Below are positions 1 through 13,485 of a stretch of 60,924 nucleotides of DNA, in pieces. The translations under genes were made by a program, and so were the position numbers. Within the stretch, counting starts at the first letter, position 1. Every line of letters begins with the position of its first letter. The stretch comes from Basidiobolus meristosporus CBS 931.73 (taxonomy: Eukaryota; Fungi; Basidiobolomycota). The DNA is taken from positions 1 through 60,924 of the forward strand of contig MCFE01000536.1 of assembly GCA_002104905.1 (NCBI GenBank), read 5' to 3'. The notes under the pieces are model-generated. The model had not been told where the DNA came from. It was given only the letters and a program-made list of their open reading frames with translations, and did no database searches.

Positions 1-1727
1 TGGTGATTGTCACCCCTGCTAACCCTAAATTATGAAATTTACAGCATATTTAAGACTCTAATCTCCTCAAGTAACTATGGCTATTATACTAGAGGGTGAT
101 GCTCCACTCACTATTCAAAGATTGCAGTTCAACAATATCCAATATATGTTGAGCAATATCTACTCAGGTGTAGCATTTTTGTTACCTCCACGTTGAAAGA
201 ATATTGCCAATGTGCGCACTAGATTTTACCTAGAGTTAGTGGTGTGTTGTGGCACAAAATTTATCTTGAGAACTATTCAAGATCACCGTGTTGAAAAAAT
301 CGCAAGTGTGTTCTACAGATTTATATCATGTTTCTAATTCCAGCAAAGTGACTGTTACATGAGCCTATGTTATTAGTCGACAGAACGATATGATAACCAG
401 GTAAATAGACTGGATTTGAAAAAAGGGACTTGTTGTCTGATAAGCCATTGAACGTTTGGTGATGAAACAATGTGCAACTTGTGCCACACAGTATACAAGC
501 TTGCTTATCGTACCATCAAGATGATCAGGGTGTGTGGGTCAGACTTCAACAGGAATTGCTGGTTTGGGCAGTTATAACCTTATAGTACTGATGGTGACTC
601 AGGCTTAAGCGTATGTATTGTTGGAACTGCTGGTTGATGGAAAATCTGATAACTCTGGTATGAGTACTGAGCTAACCATGAATTTGGTATCTCATCGTTA
701 TCACATATATATTCATATATACCTCGAAGATTATCTGAGTAACCTATAATGCCCAATAATTGCCATATTTGGAGTATTGGAAGTCTGGCTAAACATGGGA
801 TGAAGCAGTGCCATGAATTCGGGCAGAAAAGGAATGGCAGCTAGAATTTGCCCCTAATTTATCAGTACTCAATCAACCGTTGCCCATGAATAAGCAGATG
901 CTTTTAGGAAACTGGCGGATCTCATTCGTCGTCGGCCAATGCAGGATTTTGTCATTATTGCACTCTGAAACCCACCTAGCCCTACATCTACCCTTGGCAA
1001 CGGGGGATCTGGCCCCAAATGAGACCAAATCATTGCTCTGATCTAGCCGGTGGGAGCAGACTCTTGAATCAGAAAAGGTAGCATTCATCAGTCCGAACGC
1101 CTCTATTGTGCAACCACCTCATGAATGCTTGAATGGATGGAGCCATCTGGATGAAGGTGTAGAACCTTTGCTGCTTTACGGTTGCTCCACCGAAGCCCTA
1201 ATCTGACCTATGGGATACGCCAATCTTGCTGCCTAGAGCTTTGCTTCTGAAACTGGAATACTGGGCTTCCTCCGTACTTAGCCTCATCCAATCCTTTGGC
1301 TCTCCCACAATGATCCCAGATTTTCCACGACGAAGCCATCAGTTCCTGGAATGCATAGTAGGGCCGGCAATTCATTTCTATAACTGGACTTTTCATGGCT
1401 GTTCAATCCGTCGAAACTGGTTTGCAGAAAATCATTTCGAGGTCTAGCGAGCACTGATTGGATATCGCTTCAACCCAATGCCAGTCCAATCCTGTCTGGT
1501 ACAGTATGACTAGATTGTTGAAATGTTTATATGGTTTACTACATCAAGCACTAACATAGCTAATAAATAAATGCTGACTGCTATGAGTTCATACTGAACA
1601 AATGCACGTCATGTATAAAGCTCAAGTCAAAGCTCCAGTTCACGACTGTAAAAACTCCCTCCTCTTTCTCCCTAGAACTGTCTTCCTCACGGCCTGTAGA
1701 CTATTGCTCCTTCACCTACGCTAGCTC

Positions 1728-3182
1728 ATGCCAGTTCTACCTCCACAGTGTGTACAGCGAATTCTGTCTTGGCTATCCGATGACTACGTTACTCTTCATA
1801 ATGCTTCAAGTGTGGATAGACTTTGGTGTTCCCAGGCACTATTCCTCTTGTATAAACATCCGTGGAAGTACTTTCCTGAGGAGTTTACTCTCAGCAACGT
1901 ATCTAATATGAACTACTCTTTGGTAAATTTCCGCATTGCGAAGCTATGCCAAACACTCATCAACTGTGTACCACCACACTCTTTGAAAGATTTGGATCAG
2001 TGGGATATCATTCGAGAAACAAATTCCTTTACACCTCTGGTAGATTACCTTGGGTATTTGCGCGAGCTAGACTTAATTTGGTTGATGTCTATTTCATGGA
2101 ACACAAATTCTGATCTGGTCAACGGAACTTTAGATTTTTGTCAGTTCTTTATCAGTATAGAGGTCGCTGAGATATTGGCAAAATACCTATGGATTACGCA
2201 TGGACATAGAATTCGCAAGCTCGTCCTTTCCCGTTCTATTCCTCTTGAGCAATTTCTTCCACTCAGCACTCATACATCACTCACTACACTCGACATTGAG
2301 CTTGTTAGCTTCAAATCACTTCACGCAGAGCTTATCAACAAGGCCTGCAGCAATCTGAAAACACTGAAAATCATAGCTACCGTTGTTGATGACATCGCTG
2401 TTGCAAAAGTCATTGCACACCAAACCCCGGGAAGCATCAGAAAACTCGTTATCCGTTCCATGGAATCATATTCAATCCATCACACAATCGACACATTATT
2501 AGAGTACCACTACAAGAGTATTACACATCTAAAGCTCTCGATGTGTATATTAACTTTGGTAGAGCCTCAAGACAAATTCCTCTTCAATTCCGCTTTGTCG
2601 AAGCTGAGCCAATTTCCCAATCTCATTTCGTTGAAACTAGCGGGTTGGAAGCTTGCTGATGATGAGACCATGCTTACTGTCGCACACTCATTCCATAAGC
2701 TACACAAACTTCGACTCGAAAACGTTCCCTTCACCTCTAACACCATTGAAGCAATTGTGCGCGCAGCTGGCAAAAATTTGCTTCAATCAACCATTCTTAT
2801 AGACAACCAAGAGCTTGGTAGGGTGTTGCCAGCCTTAGGCATACATTGTCCTAATATTCGCTACTTGGATATTCAGAAGATGCGCTATCAGTCTAAGCAC
2901 CTTTTGCAATGCCTGAAATCGTGCGGCAGCCTCAAAACGCTCAAATTAGGCACGATAGAAAGCATGGATCCTATGGTGGCAGATCGGGTGGTATGCGGCA
3001 TTGCTCATTCCCTTAACGAGCTTGAACACCTGTATATGGGACAATCGAAGATATCCGAGGCTTCTCTTCATCACCTTAGCACTCATCCCAACCTGAAGTG
3101 CCTACGACTCAACCCATTTGCATACACTTTTTCTCCTGAGAAAGCACAAGCTCTTCTTGAAGGTAGGGTATCCATGGCTTGA
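1728..3182 (+). CDS. F-box-like / leucine-rich repeat (RNI-like) protein, intronless, 484 aa
   Basis: N-terminal F-box-like motif LPPQCVQRILSWL...VDRLWC..ALFLLYKHPW, followed by LRR-type repeats (LxxLxL: LTTLDI, LKTLKI, LISLKL, LHKLRL, LKTLKL, LEHLYM). Confidence 0.8.
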   Translation: MPVLPPQCVQRILSWLSDDYVTLHNASSVDRLWCSQALFLLYKHPWKYFPEEFTLSNVSNMNYSLVNFRIAKLCQTLINCVPPHSLKDLDQWDIIRETNSFTPLVDYLGYLRELDLIWLMSISWNTNSDLVNGTLDFCQFFISIEVAEILAKYLWITHGHRIRKLVLSRSIPLEQFLPLSTHTSLTTLDIELVSFKSLHAELINKACSNLKTLKIIATVVDDIAVAKVIAHQTPGSIRKLVIRSMESYSIHHTIDTLLEYHYKSITHLKLSMCILTLVEPQDKFLFNSALSKLSQFPNLISLKLAGWKLADDETMLTVAHSFHKLHKLRLENVPFTSNTIEAIVRAAGKNLLQSTILIDNQELGRVLPALGIHCPNIRYLDIQKMRYQSKHLLQCLKSCGSLKTLKLGTIESMDPMVADRVVCGIAHSLNELEHLYMGQSKISEASLHHLSTHPNLKCLRLNPFAYTFSPEKAQALLEGRVSMA

Positions 3183-4252
3183 TCTATATACACTTTTAGA
3201 GCCACTCGACTATAGACTGAGGAGCATAGCATCCATAATTAGCTCCACATGCCATTATGGTGAAATGATGTGCAGTGGGATGATTTGAGCACTGCTGCCT
3301 GCTAGTTTATTTTTATCATGTTTATAAATGGCACAACTGATCTTCAAAACAGCATCTCGTTCACTAATAATAAAGCTAATTTATAATATACAACACATGA
3401 GAGCATAACCCGAAAAAGTAGGCAATATATCCCAACACACCATTTAGGAACAATGGTCATTCGGTTCAACTGACTAGAGATTTTACCCCCATGTCTGCAT
3501 CACCAACTGCACCGGCCCTCCGCCCCAGTGCCACAATAAAGCACCTGTTGCTGAAAAATTTACTAGGTCGACAGTTGGCCAGGTCATGCTAGTTCGCCTT
3601 GACCCAAGGTCAATGTTGGCGTTTATGTGGTGTATCTAACACCGCAGGAATAAGGTTTTGGAGCTAGAGGGGTGTACGAACATCCATTCTGAACACAGTT
3701 GATGTTTGATCAAGATTATTAATAGATGGCCCAACGGCAATTAATTTCATATTGCAGACTTGGGGTCGATGGCGGGCAGAATCAGTACTGCATGAGATGT
3801 GAAACCAAATAAGGATGTGGGCGAATGAGCGAATGAGCACTTGAGCTCAAGGAAAGGAGTGACCTGGTAATGCCAAACCAGACAGATTCCCTAGTGCCTA
3901 AAGCAGGTTTGCCATACTGTCTGTCTAGATTGTATTTTTGGGATGCGATTTCGCCCATTCTACATTGCATTAATTTGCAACCATGTGTGAGTCGTGATTC
4001 AGCGTAGGTTCCAATATGAACGGATACTAGAGAGGCCTATGTGATAGCCTCGCGACACCAAGTTTCGTTTTAAGCCCATAATGGGATATGTAGTCGCTAA
4101 TGCTATCAGGGGATGTGGTGGGGACGAAAAGCGACGCATTCATATCCATATAAAAACCGCACGCTTGCTCAGTCTTGGTGGCAACACCGATTCTACTTCG
4201 AAACTAGGCCGTACTCTGGAGGCATAATACGGCCCAAAGCTCATCCCGAACC

Positions 4253-5266
4253 ATGATACTACAGTGGGACTTGCTAAATGGTATTCGTCTGGTCACCGAT
4301 GCAATCTCTCTTTTGGTATCTGCCATAGTGCTCCTGATCATCGTTGGGATACGTATCTATCGCAAGGATATGGCGGATCGAGTTTCATTGCGACTCACTG
4401 CTTTAGTGACTGTCAGCGACCTCTTGTTCCACGTTAGTTTGATCTTGGTAGGCGTTTTGGATGATCGAAATATTTGGAAGGTTTTTCGATGCTTGAGCTA
4501 CGCATTTTTGACTACAAGTATTTTGTACACCGCTTTGATTACTCTCAACCTTCAGTTGGTGCTGCTGCACCATTGGAGGCATACTGACAGATATCAGCTA
4601 GTGTACTACCTGGCTCCACCAATACCTGCGCTTGCTTTGGCGATAACTTGCTACTTTCTCCCGTGGACTACCCTTGCTTTCGGTGCCACCAGCGTGGATG
4701 TTGTAACCTTGGGCCTGACCATTGTATTTCTGGTGGTAATGGTGTATTCGGCCGCAGTTTGCTTCACCATCATTCATCGCCTCCGATTGGCCACGAGGTC
4801 ATCAGGAAGCATGGACAGCTCTCTCAGCTCAGGAGTAAAGAACCCCAAGGTCCTATCGCGGGTAGTAATTCGCATATCCTTGTACCCATTTATCCTATGC
4901 GTGGTTGGGATCCCGTTTATATTCATCATGATAATCCAGCTATCCTCGCGAACGCTTTACTATTCGAGCTCCTATTACATCTGTGAATATAGCATCGCCT
5001 TGCTTGGTATACTTAACGGGATTGCTTTTATCTATGATCCAGTGCTCTACCACTGCTATTCGCAAATACGAACGGAGTTGATTACTCGATACAGGGTTGA
5101 GGAGCAATACATAACGCCGGGCAAATTCAACCTTCGACGATGGCTAACAAAGGCCGTTTTTCATCTCGATCATGAGCGCTCGCAGAGTCCAGGCGATAGC
5201 AGCAAGGACGATAGTCTGGACTGGCAGGGTAGCGTGAAAGATGAGACAACACTGCGGTTGATCTAG
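4253..5266 (+). CDS. Seven-transmembrane receptor, cAMP-receptor/Git3-like GPCR, intronless, 337 aa
   Basis: Seven hydrophobic segments with RVSLRL before TM2, RISLYP in TM6 and GILNGIAFIYDP in TM7, as seen in fungal class VI-like GPCRs. Confidence 0.75.
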   Translation: MILQWDLLNGIRLVTDAISLLVSAIVLLIIVGIRIYRKDMADRVSLRLTALVTVSDLLFHVSLILVGVLDDRNIWKVFRCLSYAFLTTSILYTALITLNLQLVLLHHWRHTDRYQLVYYLAPPIPALALAITCYFLPWTTLAFGATSVDVVTLGLTIVFLVVMVYSAAVCFTIIHRLRLATRSSGSMDSSLSSGVKNPKVLSRVVIRISLYPFILCVVGIPFIFIMIIQLSSRTLYYSSSYYICEYSIALLGILNGIAFIYDPVLYHCYSQIRTELITRYRVEEQYITPGKFNLRRWLTKAVFHLDHERSQSPGDSSKDDSLDWQGSVKDETTLRLI

Positions 5267-5719
5267 CACCGCTCGGCCGACCAGCAGCCCACCGCCGCGT
5301 GACCGAGAATCTTCTTGGTAAACACCCGAGATACGCGGGACGATGATCTATCAAGCATGTCAAGTCATTGATTCATTCCACAAGCGACTTTCTACATCTG
5401 ACCCACTAGACGTAATACCCATCCTATTAGTAAGTTAATGATTCATATCACTGGAGAGCCGTGATCACTGTACATGCTCTATTTATTGTATCGAATTGAT
5501 GCATTGATTTGTTGACGGCTGCGCCTCTCTCATGGGAGCCATGGACAATCAGATCCAAAGTGGCAAATGAATATGCACTAATATAATTCATAAATGGGGG
5601 TTGAAGCAGAACGGCACGGACATACATACGGTTAGTTGGTTTCTTGGGGGATTGTGGTTGCGAGCAAAAGTGAGGGTTGTGGGCGGTGATATTGCGGAGG
5701 GCTGAGATGGATTTCTGGA

Positions 5720-8700
5720 TCACCATTTTGAATGCGGTGGATCGTTTGCGCTATACGTCGCGTGATATTCTGCATGCTCGTCATTGTGTATAAATGCGAA
5801 ATCACACTGGCAAGTGTTGTATACTGGCACTATTTTGGGGCTCTCTCGGGGGACCAGTGAGCCTTGTCCGTTACTGCTTTCTCCACTGCTCGCGCTGAAC
5901 GCGGTCACCTCCATATCGTGAAAAGGCCCGCCCGCAGCAAAGCTGCTCCTGCGCTTCAACGGACGGCCGTGGTCTTCTTTCGAGAGTTGGAATGAGTCGG
6001 TGACTACGGGTGTGTCGGCTCGGCGGATTCGAGGGGTGAACGTTTGTCTAATGTGGTTCCCAAAGCAGATGTAGAGAATGCTGATGCATGTGAAGGTGAT
6101 GTTTAGGGAGGCCCAGACTAGTGCTAAAAACGGGATCAATTCGAATCGGCCGTAGCGTGAGACAAAAATAACCTGTGAATTAGTGATGCATTAGCCCAGC
6201 CCCAAGAAGACAGCATGCAGCAATGCTCACCTGTATTATAAACTGCGGTATATCCTCTAGCATCAGCCCAACGGCCGCAAATATCAACATCCTACGATGC
6301 GCCTTCTCGGAAAATGGCGCGGAGAATATCGTGAATCCAGCCACCCTCGAGTCCAACAACCGCAGGGTTTTGATTTGGGTGGCTGCCAGGAGCGTTGTTG
6401 CACTAGCAATCTTTGCATTGTTTTTGAACCATTGGTGGAAGGCAGGGTTATGAAGCACCTCATGATACATCAGAACGAGAGTACAGCACAGATTCACTAC
6501 AAACGGAAAGGCAAAGAAAAATATAGACGGGACGTAGAGCTCAGGAACTTTCCGAGAATCTTGAGCCAAGAACAGGATGTCCGTAACAAAGTCGGCTATC
6601 GAGAGTGCGACGACAACGACAATGATATTGTTTCCATCGGAATACCGAAACCTGCAGAACATATAGATGATGCCTATCAGGACTACACCGACAGCAATCG
6701 AGATGAGCTTATACGCGTTCTCATTGAAAAATGTATCTGGTAATGGTGTTGTAACCAATGTTAGTGGCTGCTCACCGTACACTCTACCAGTCTTGGAAAG
6801 TACCTTTTCTTTGCGCACCATATATGGCATCTAGACGATACGATATTATTCCGTTCATCAACGGTGTTACTTCGATCCCCCGTATCATCGAGTTCAAATC
6901 TCTTAATAGCTCCATGGGGTACTTCGAGTTTTCATCCCCGTTCTTGATGAAGAACTGTATTGTTGTCTTGTTACTACTCTCGTCATGCCAATGGTAGGCT
7001 TTCTCTAGCCGGCTGATGTCAATCGGCAGATACTTCGCTACCTCCTCCAATAAGATATTTGTTTCTTCCGAGGGATCGGCATTCGATCGCTTATTCTTGG
7101 CGTCCTTGAGATGCACCTCGACTAGTATTTTCTCCATTTCTTCAGTAACACAACATTAGTCAATTGCTGCCGACGACCGCAAACGATGTGGATCTTACCT
7201 GAGGGAGTGGGCTTTTGTATCCTCGGCTCTAAGAGGGGCCTTAGCATCAGCGCATGTCAATGGGAATATGGAAATAGGTGTGGGCTTACTTGTCTTGATC
7301 TTCCATAATGCAGGCGGCTCCTGAATCCCTTGAAGCGGCTCACCGTAATAGCTGTTGGCAAACCCATTTTCAAGGATGGCGTAGTATTCCGAGTCGTAAA
7401 AGTTCAATGTGGAGGCAAGAAGCTTGATATGAATGGTGTTATTGTTAAAGCTAACATCAAAGTCATCGGCCGATAAGATCTCTCGCGGAAACAAATTGTT
7501 GTTGGCCGCATATATTGCAAGAAGACCCAGCCCGGGACGTAGGTCTGGGATGTTGAATGATATATCTAAGGTAGTATCATAGCCTGAGATATCTACCTCC
7601 TTGGTTGCAGATACAATGTAAGGATTGTAATATTCGAATTCTACACCAGGCTGTTAGTATTCAAGCATTCATCTAGCTGTTAGGAACTACATACCTAGCT
7701 TGTCTTCTGCAGCAAGCGGCTGAATTACCTGACTCTTCAGTTCCCAGCCTTTGTTTTGTGGTCCAAACTTGACGGCCAGTAAAGTGTTATTGGGGCTGAC
7801 ACAGGAAATACGGCTTGGCAGCTGGATCTCAGTTGAGCTTGCGTTATCGGTGTTTTTCTCTGAATAGTAAAGTAGCTTGTGCTTATAAAACCCGTTGTAC
7901 TGTATCGCCCAGCCTCCGTATGGGAACGGGTGTATTATCGGTATCACTAACTGCTCAAGGTATTTCTCTGGATCTACATTTTGAGGGAAGTGAATAAGCT
8001 TCTTGGCGGTGATCGCCGATTTGGGTAGGAGTCCGTTAGAGTAGAACTCCTGGAAGACGGTTATTCTCTGTATTTTCGTGCTATATTTCCGAAGATAGTT
8101 ATAGATACAGACATTCCCGTAGCCATTTCGTTTAGCTTTGCACCCAATGGTGGGAAAATAATGGGGTGACGAGTCATCAAAAGTGGCTTGGTGGACCACA
8201 AACGTGTGAGCTCCAAGCTGTACATCGCGTTTGCCGGATATTGAGCTCCACAGTATAGTGGTATACTGCGAGTTTTCTATGCGTTGATATTCAAGCCAGC
8301 TCAGCAGGAAACGGCCATCTATAGCGGAGGCTATGGTAAAATCCAATATTGCATTGTTGAATCTTTTAATGGACGAGTCGATTAGCTCTCCATCGTCAGT
8401 ATATCTGGCCGTCATAATAGCTCGATGATTATCGATGGCCCACATGATTGCAAACCCACCACCGTATCTTTCGCTTGAGGTTGCACTGAAGCCGTTGTGT
8501 TCTTTGCCGTAAATCTCAAACTCCCTCTTTACCGCAGTCCCATTCTTGTCCATTATCTCCATGGTCAACTTCTTTCGGTTGTTTTCCTTGAGAATGCCCA
8601 AATTCCCACTATTCAGGGTGAGCAGTGTGTGGACATCCTCCGGGAGTTGGATACCGTACTGAATTTTGCCTTCGTTACTGTGAACTCGGATGTAGTGGTT

Positions 8701-9033
8701 ATGCCGATTCTCCTGTGTGTATAGACCTACAACGTAGCTCCCGTCCCTCCACATACCGCAGGAGCCGCCAAAGTCACCGAACTGAATATCGGTGTCTTGA
8801 AGGGCGGAGCCAAAACCGACTAGCTCAAAGAAAATGACAAGTACTAGAAGTAGCGTGCGACTGGCATTGAGAGAGCTGCTTCCGGAGCTTCTGCTCGCTG
8901 GGGGGAATGGGGGCGCTTTGGTATAGACTATACTGCAACCATGTTTAAGAGATAATAGAACAGAGCGAAATGTAGAAAAAACCTGGTGTAATATGAGTAA
9001 ATGAAATGATAAAAAGTGATTGCTGTACCGCAT
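5720..9033 (-). CDS. Multi-exon membrane protein with a large ectodomain (propeller-like plus Ig/Big-like) and a C-terminal module of about 6 TM segments
   Basis: ORF pieces 7687-9075, 7195-7494, 6784-7137, 6180-6830 and 5720-6139 join through phase-compatible GT-AG introns (e.g. donor 7694 GTATGT; AAAG|GTACTT...TACCAG; CAG|GTGAGC...CACAG). Hydrophobic leader LLLVLVIFFELVGFGSA; TM module with DFVTD and EDIPQFIIQ motifs. Start codon uncertain. Confidence 0.75.
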
Positions 9034-10142
9034 TGAAGGAGAAGGAACCACTTTTTGAACATTAAGACTAATCAAATAGTATTTGGATTAAAAAGTAGTA
9101 GAGAACATCCGCTAGAGTAGAGGGTTGACTTGAGAAAGCAAGTGCTCTTCCTCTGTGCCTGCTTTTTATCATTTCGGAGAGCAAGCAACTCCACATTGCA
9201 AACCTTGGAGCTATATGTGTACCAATACAAATCTTGAAATCAAGTCATAACCTAGTTACAAATAGGCCATCGAAAGCAATGTTAACTGGGGATAGTTAAT
9301 GGATGCAACATCTTGATGCATATTCAGTAGCGTTCTACCCATCAATAATTGGTGGCACCACCCTACCATCCTATGTATGGAGTGGCACTACTTTGGAACA
9401 AGACTATGATTCTATATCTCTCTTGTCGGAGTGCATGTAATGCGTATCCACATAGGATAAATACATATGCTGGGAAGCTGGAGAAGCTCATGGACTTCAA
9501 AGTGAAGCCTCCAACAAGCAGACGCTCTATCAAACCATTTGCTGGAGCTGCGTTTGCACAGAAGCGGGTTGGGTGAAAAGTGAATGATGAGGGTCTGCAG
9601 TGCTCTCGTTCTGCTTAAATATGATCAGGTGCATATTCAACCCCACTTCGTCCGCAGTAGATCTTTGCCCTTGGCTACTGCCTAAACTTGAACATTTGCT
9701 GATGGTCAGCATATGGCCATCTTCACTGGCTGTCTTGTCGATGTTCTTAGGATCGTACTTGGCTGGCAAATAAGATATAGGTGCCTCATCAGAATAATCT
9801 ATTCCTCAAAGATCCTGCGATAACCCTTGGCATTCCAAGCCATTCCAAGTGTTCAGCGAACTATTCTTCAACATCGCAAACTAACATGACTATATTCCAA
9901 GAACACATTTACTATATGAGCAAATACAAAGCGGCCAGTAGCGATATTCCATTGAATATAGTAATACTTCATACTAAAACTCCATTACGGATAGGTCTAC
10001 CTCAAAGTTGACTTGAGCAATTAGGTATACCCCCGAGGGTAAACTCTCTAAAAACCAAAACCAAAAAGAAAAAGGAGGTGTCGCGAAACTCAAAATGAGC
10101 ATTGCTAATGTATGTCAGACTCGATATATTAACCAGGTAGTT

Positions 10143-10888
10143 TTAGGCTCGATGCTGGCTTCTTTGGCTGGCTTTTTTCCGTTTGATTAAATCTCTGTAC
10201 GCTGCGTAGCCGTCCTGAATTCTCCGAGAAATATGTCGGTGGAAGGTCAGTTCACCTTGGTTGTTTCGATCAAATGACATGCCATACATGCGCAATGTCT
10301 GATTACAGTAAGGCAAGTATCTAATGCATTTCAGAAAAACCAAGTCAGTCTCGGCATTACTCTAGCTTAACAGCAAAGCCAAATACCTTGAGGCTTCTTT
10401 CATCTTATCACAATTAACTATATAAAACATCAGTCCTCCGGTGACTAGCAATAAGCCTTTGTACAGTAGTTGAAGGTTTGTATTCTGCTTGAAGAGTCAG
10501 CATAGAAGATATTAGTTATGTGGTTTGCACATAATGCGATAAAGAGATGTAACGGACACTGGACGGATAGAAAAATATCATGCCTATCAAGAAAAGGGCT
10601 ACTACAACCAAAAAGCCTAATAACGCTATATCAAAACAGAGAGTTAGTAACTGTATTGGTGCAACATCGAGGAATGAACATCTAACCCTCCATTTTCTGT
10701 CGGTCCTTTCTCAATCTATGCATATGAAATTTGAGTCTTTCTTCAAAGATCATAAGGTCTCGAAATCTTGCGTGGTCGGTATCTGTTGAATGGCTCTGGG
10801 AGCCACTTGTAGTAGCTTTTTTTGGTTGAACATGCTCATCTGAAAGAGTGTTTAGTTGATTCGAACTACGATTACGCCGTAACGACAT
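10143..10888 (-). CDS. SPO7: Spo7-like regulatory subunit of the Nem1-Spo7 phosphatase, 4 exons
   Basis: Exon 1 contains FRDLMIFEERLK (Spo7 motif). Spliced exons give two TM segments (ALLGFLVVVALFLIGMIFFY; LLYKGLLLVTGGLMFYIV) and C-terminal RYLPYCNQTLRMYGMSF. Donors GTTAGA and GTATTT, CTAAC branch points. Confidence 0.75.
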
Positions 10889-11645
10889 GGCAAGGTTGCA
10901 GAGGCAGACAAAGGTTAAAGGCAACGAAATAGTGGATAGCCACGCTCTGAAACTCAACTGTATATTTGATATATTAATAGTGATTAGGTTTAGTATAAAT
11001 GGAAGTCAGGTCAGGGTGAAGGAAAAAGAATTGAATGGGTTTGATGAATTAGTCGTCTGGGCTTCCTAATTTGTGAATAGTCATGTTGTTCAAACATGAT
11101 TGAAGTAGAGCGCAATCCTCTGAATCAATCCCAAAATATCCCGAGTGTCGACAGCCTCATGATTTCGCACGGGATTCATTATCAGTGCCATGTTCTTACC
11201 CACTGCTGCCTGCATAACAAAGAAACGGAAGCATGCCTTATTCACTTGATCCAGGTGACCTCTATGAGCGTCACTAGCCACTGGTGGGTCAATGACTGAA
11301 TCTAGGACAGATGACGCTCCCCGATGCCACAGGTTCGTCATAAATCGATAATCAAATTTCAAGTAGGATTAACTCGCTATGCGCTCTGGCTAGTATGATG
11401 GGAAACTCACGGGCAGGATATTACTGGCCAATCTTTGTAAAATGATGCTTTCTACTTCCCGGCACGTTGTGTGAGTACTTGGGTGAGAGTATCTGTTGAC
11501 CACACGACCATGGATATATATGGATTCAGCCTCTCAAAGAATCGGCTCAATACTTTATTCACTGAATAGCGCGTATTTCCTAGAGCCACTTACGACACAA
11601 AAGAAAGACTGCTTGCTGCATGCCTCTTTCACCTCACTATTCTTA

Positions 11646-11963
11646 TCAAGGCTTGGACCCAGGCTCGCATTTCTCTACTCGCTTCTGCTCCTGTCCATCA
11701 CCATCTGACTCCTGAACCTTTAAGACGCAACGCGGATCGCCGTTGTTAAAATTCTCAATGGTAGACACGGTTGTGGAACCGCTAGGTCCTGATTTTTTTT
11801 TAGTGTGAACGACCTTGGAATTTGGCGCAGGATTTTCATAGCTATCAGGTTTACTCAGATCCGACTTGCTATAGCTAGAGCTCGACTCATATTCAAGCTC
11901 CGGCAACGCTTGAATAGCCATAGTCAGGCCGAGAATCAATAGGGAGGCGGTGACACGGACCAT
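11646..11963 (-). CDS. Small secreted Ser-rich protein, 105 aa
   Basis: ATG at 11963 gives MVRVTASLLILGLTMAIQA|LP, a typical signal peptide, followed by a Ser/Lys-rich region and two Cys near the C-terminus. Confidence 0.55.
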   Translation of the reverse strand: MVRVTASLLILGLTMAIQALPELEYESSSSYSKSDLSKPDSYENPAPNSKVVHTKKKSGPSGSTTVSTIENFNNGDPRCVLKVQESDGDGQEQKRVEKCEPGSKP

Positions 11964-13485
11964 GATGCTGAGAGAAACCGAGCAATGATCGAGGGACACA
12001 GGTCTGTACCGATTTGCTCGCACTTTATACTGGTATACTGAGCATCATGACGTAACCAGAAAGATACTGAACACCCCCTAACCACAGCCGTTTCATCCGG
12101 TGCAAGAGGAGCTACAGTTACCCTGCTTGCTCGTAGCATTGGATTATGGCCACCTATCAGTGTGCTCAGATGAGTCGATCGTTTCAGCCAGGTTGATCAG
12201 ATTCAGCCGATTTGATCGAAGATAGGCAAGTAATCCAAGGATGACATGGTGATGTCGTCCACTTTGCTGGCTGTATTGCCAAGCTAAGCATCCACGTTTC
12301 GTGACAATGCATATCTTTGTACGATCGCAAACCTCTGGGCAGTCTCCGACACTATATAATCATCGAATGCGGATCTGAAACTCCGTGGAGCGAGGGAACG
12401 TAGTTGGCACGTGACTCCATCCTTGACGGTGCTCTCAACTATGTACAATTGGCAAATGGTGATCTTAACTCCATAAAGGAGACCCACGGCCTCAATCATA
12501 CGGACACTCTTCAGCTTGCATACTCGCTTAGCACTCGTGGGTGAGCATTGATTTTCAGTGTAGCACAAGCATTATGTCCATCACACCTTACATAACGCTG
12601 CTTTATGCTTGAATGCCATGATATCAGGAGCCTCCCCCAGAAAAGCAACAGTCTAGGCCCACGGAGAAAGAACGCAGCCAATACCAGGGCTCTACAGGGC
12701 AGGCGTGCATGTGGAATCACCAAACAAGGCCTGGAAAGCCAAGGCTAAGACCAGGTATGGAAATAATCGACAGCACGGATGAAGGACGTTGAATGTCATC
12801 ATTTCAATTTCACTAATTAACAAACTGAGAGCCATCGCCTCATGTGAGTGACCGCCTCTTCAAACAGTATCAATGCCGCCTCAGTCAACTGCTTCGGCAC
12901 AAGGGCCTGGAAGAATCGTTAATATCCAGGAGTCTCAGTGACAGCGTAGGTTTGCCGAATTAGGAATTAATTGGACTACGCTGGTTTCATCTATTCCCAC
13001 TTTGTGATAAACGCACACTGCGGGGACTGTGCAAATTTCATTCATATTCATAATCATGTACAATATCAGATGCCCGATGTATCCCATATGACCTCCTTCA
13101 GAGAATCTCACCAAGCCTATCTTGCCCGTTGATTGGCCAGTGGGCAGTGCGATCTAATGAAAATATCCTCCTATGTGGATGACTGATGGACCGTCCAGAC
13201 AGGCCGAAAACAGTCAGCAGCGCCTCAAAACCCTTTGCTATAGGAGCAACGATCAGACATTGCCCTGGCACATAAATAAAGGCTTGGTTTTCATTTGATT
13301 GGATTTCCTCCATCTTTTTCGCTTCGAGAACCTGCCTTTTTTAAGCATATTTCCCTACTTTACGTTTGAGAGTCTGGCCGTTTAGAACCATTTTTATCTC
13401 ATTAAATGGGCTTATAAACTACACCTACTGTTTGATTTTGCCCAACGCTTACCTTCTTTGTATTAGTTAGTTTTGAGTACAAGCG

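Noticed and set aside
1-1450. Short ORFs and moderately CpG-poor sequence at the window start
   Set aside because: No recognisable gene or repeat signature within the window.
11090-11362. 90-aa minus-strand ORF with protein-like composition
   Set aside because: No ATG start or convincing upstream exon, and no recognisable motif.
12284-12723. Overlapping minus-strand ORFs with a DGH triplet reminiscent of pogo DDE transposases
   Set aside because: The surrounding motifs (HxSH, QPLD) and TIRs are absent.
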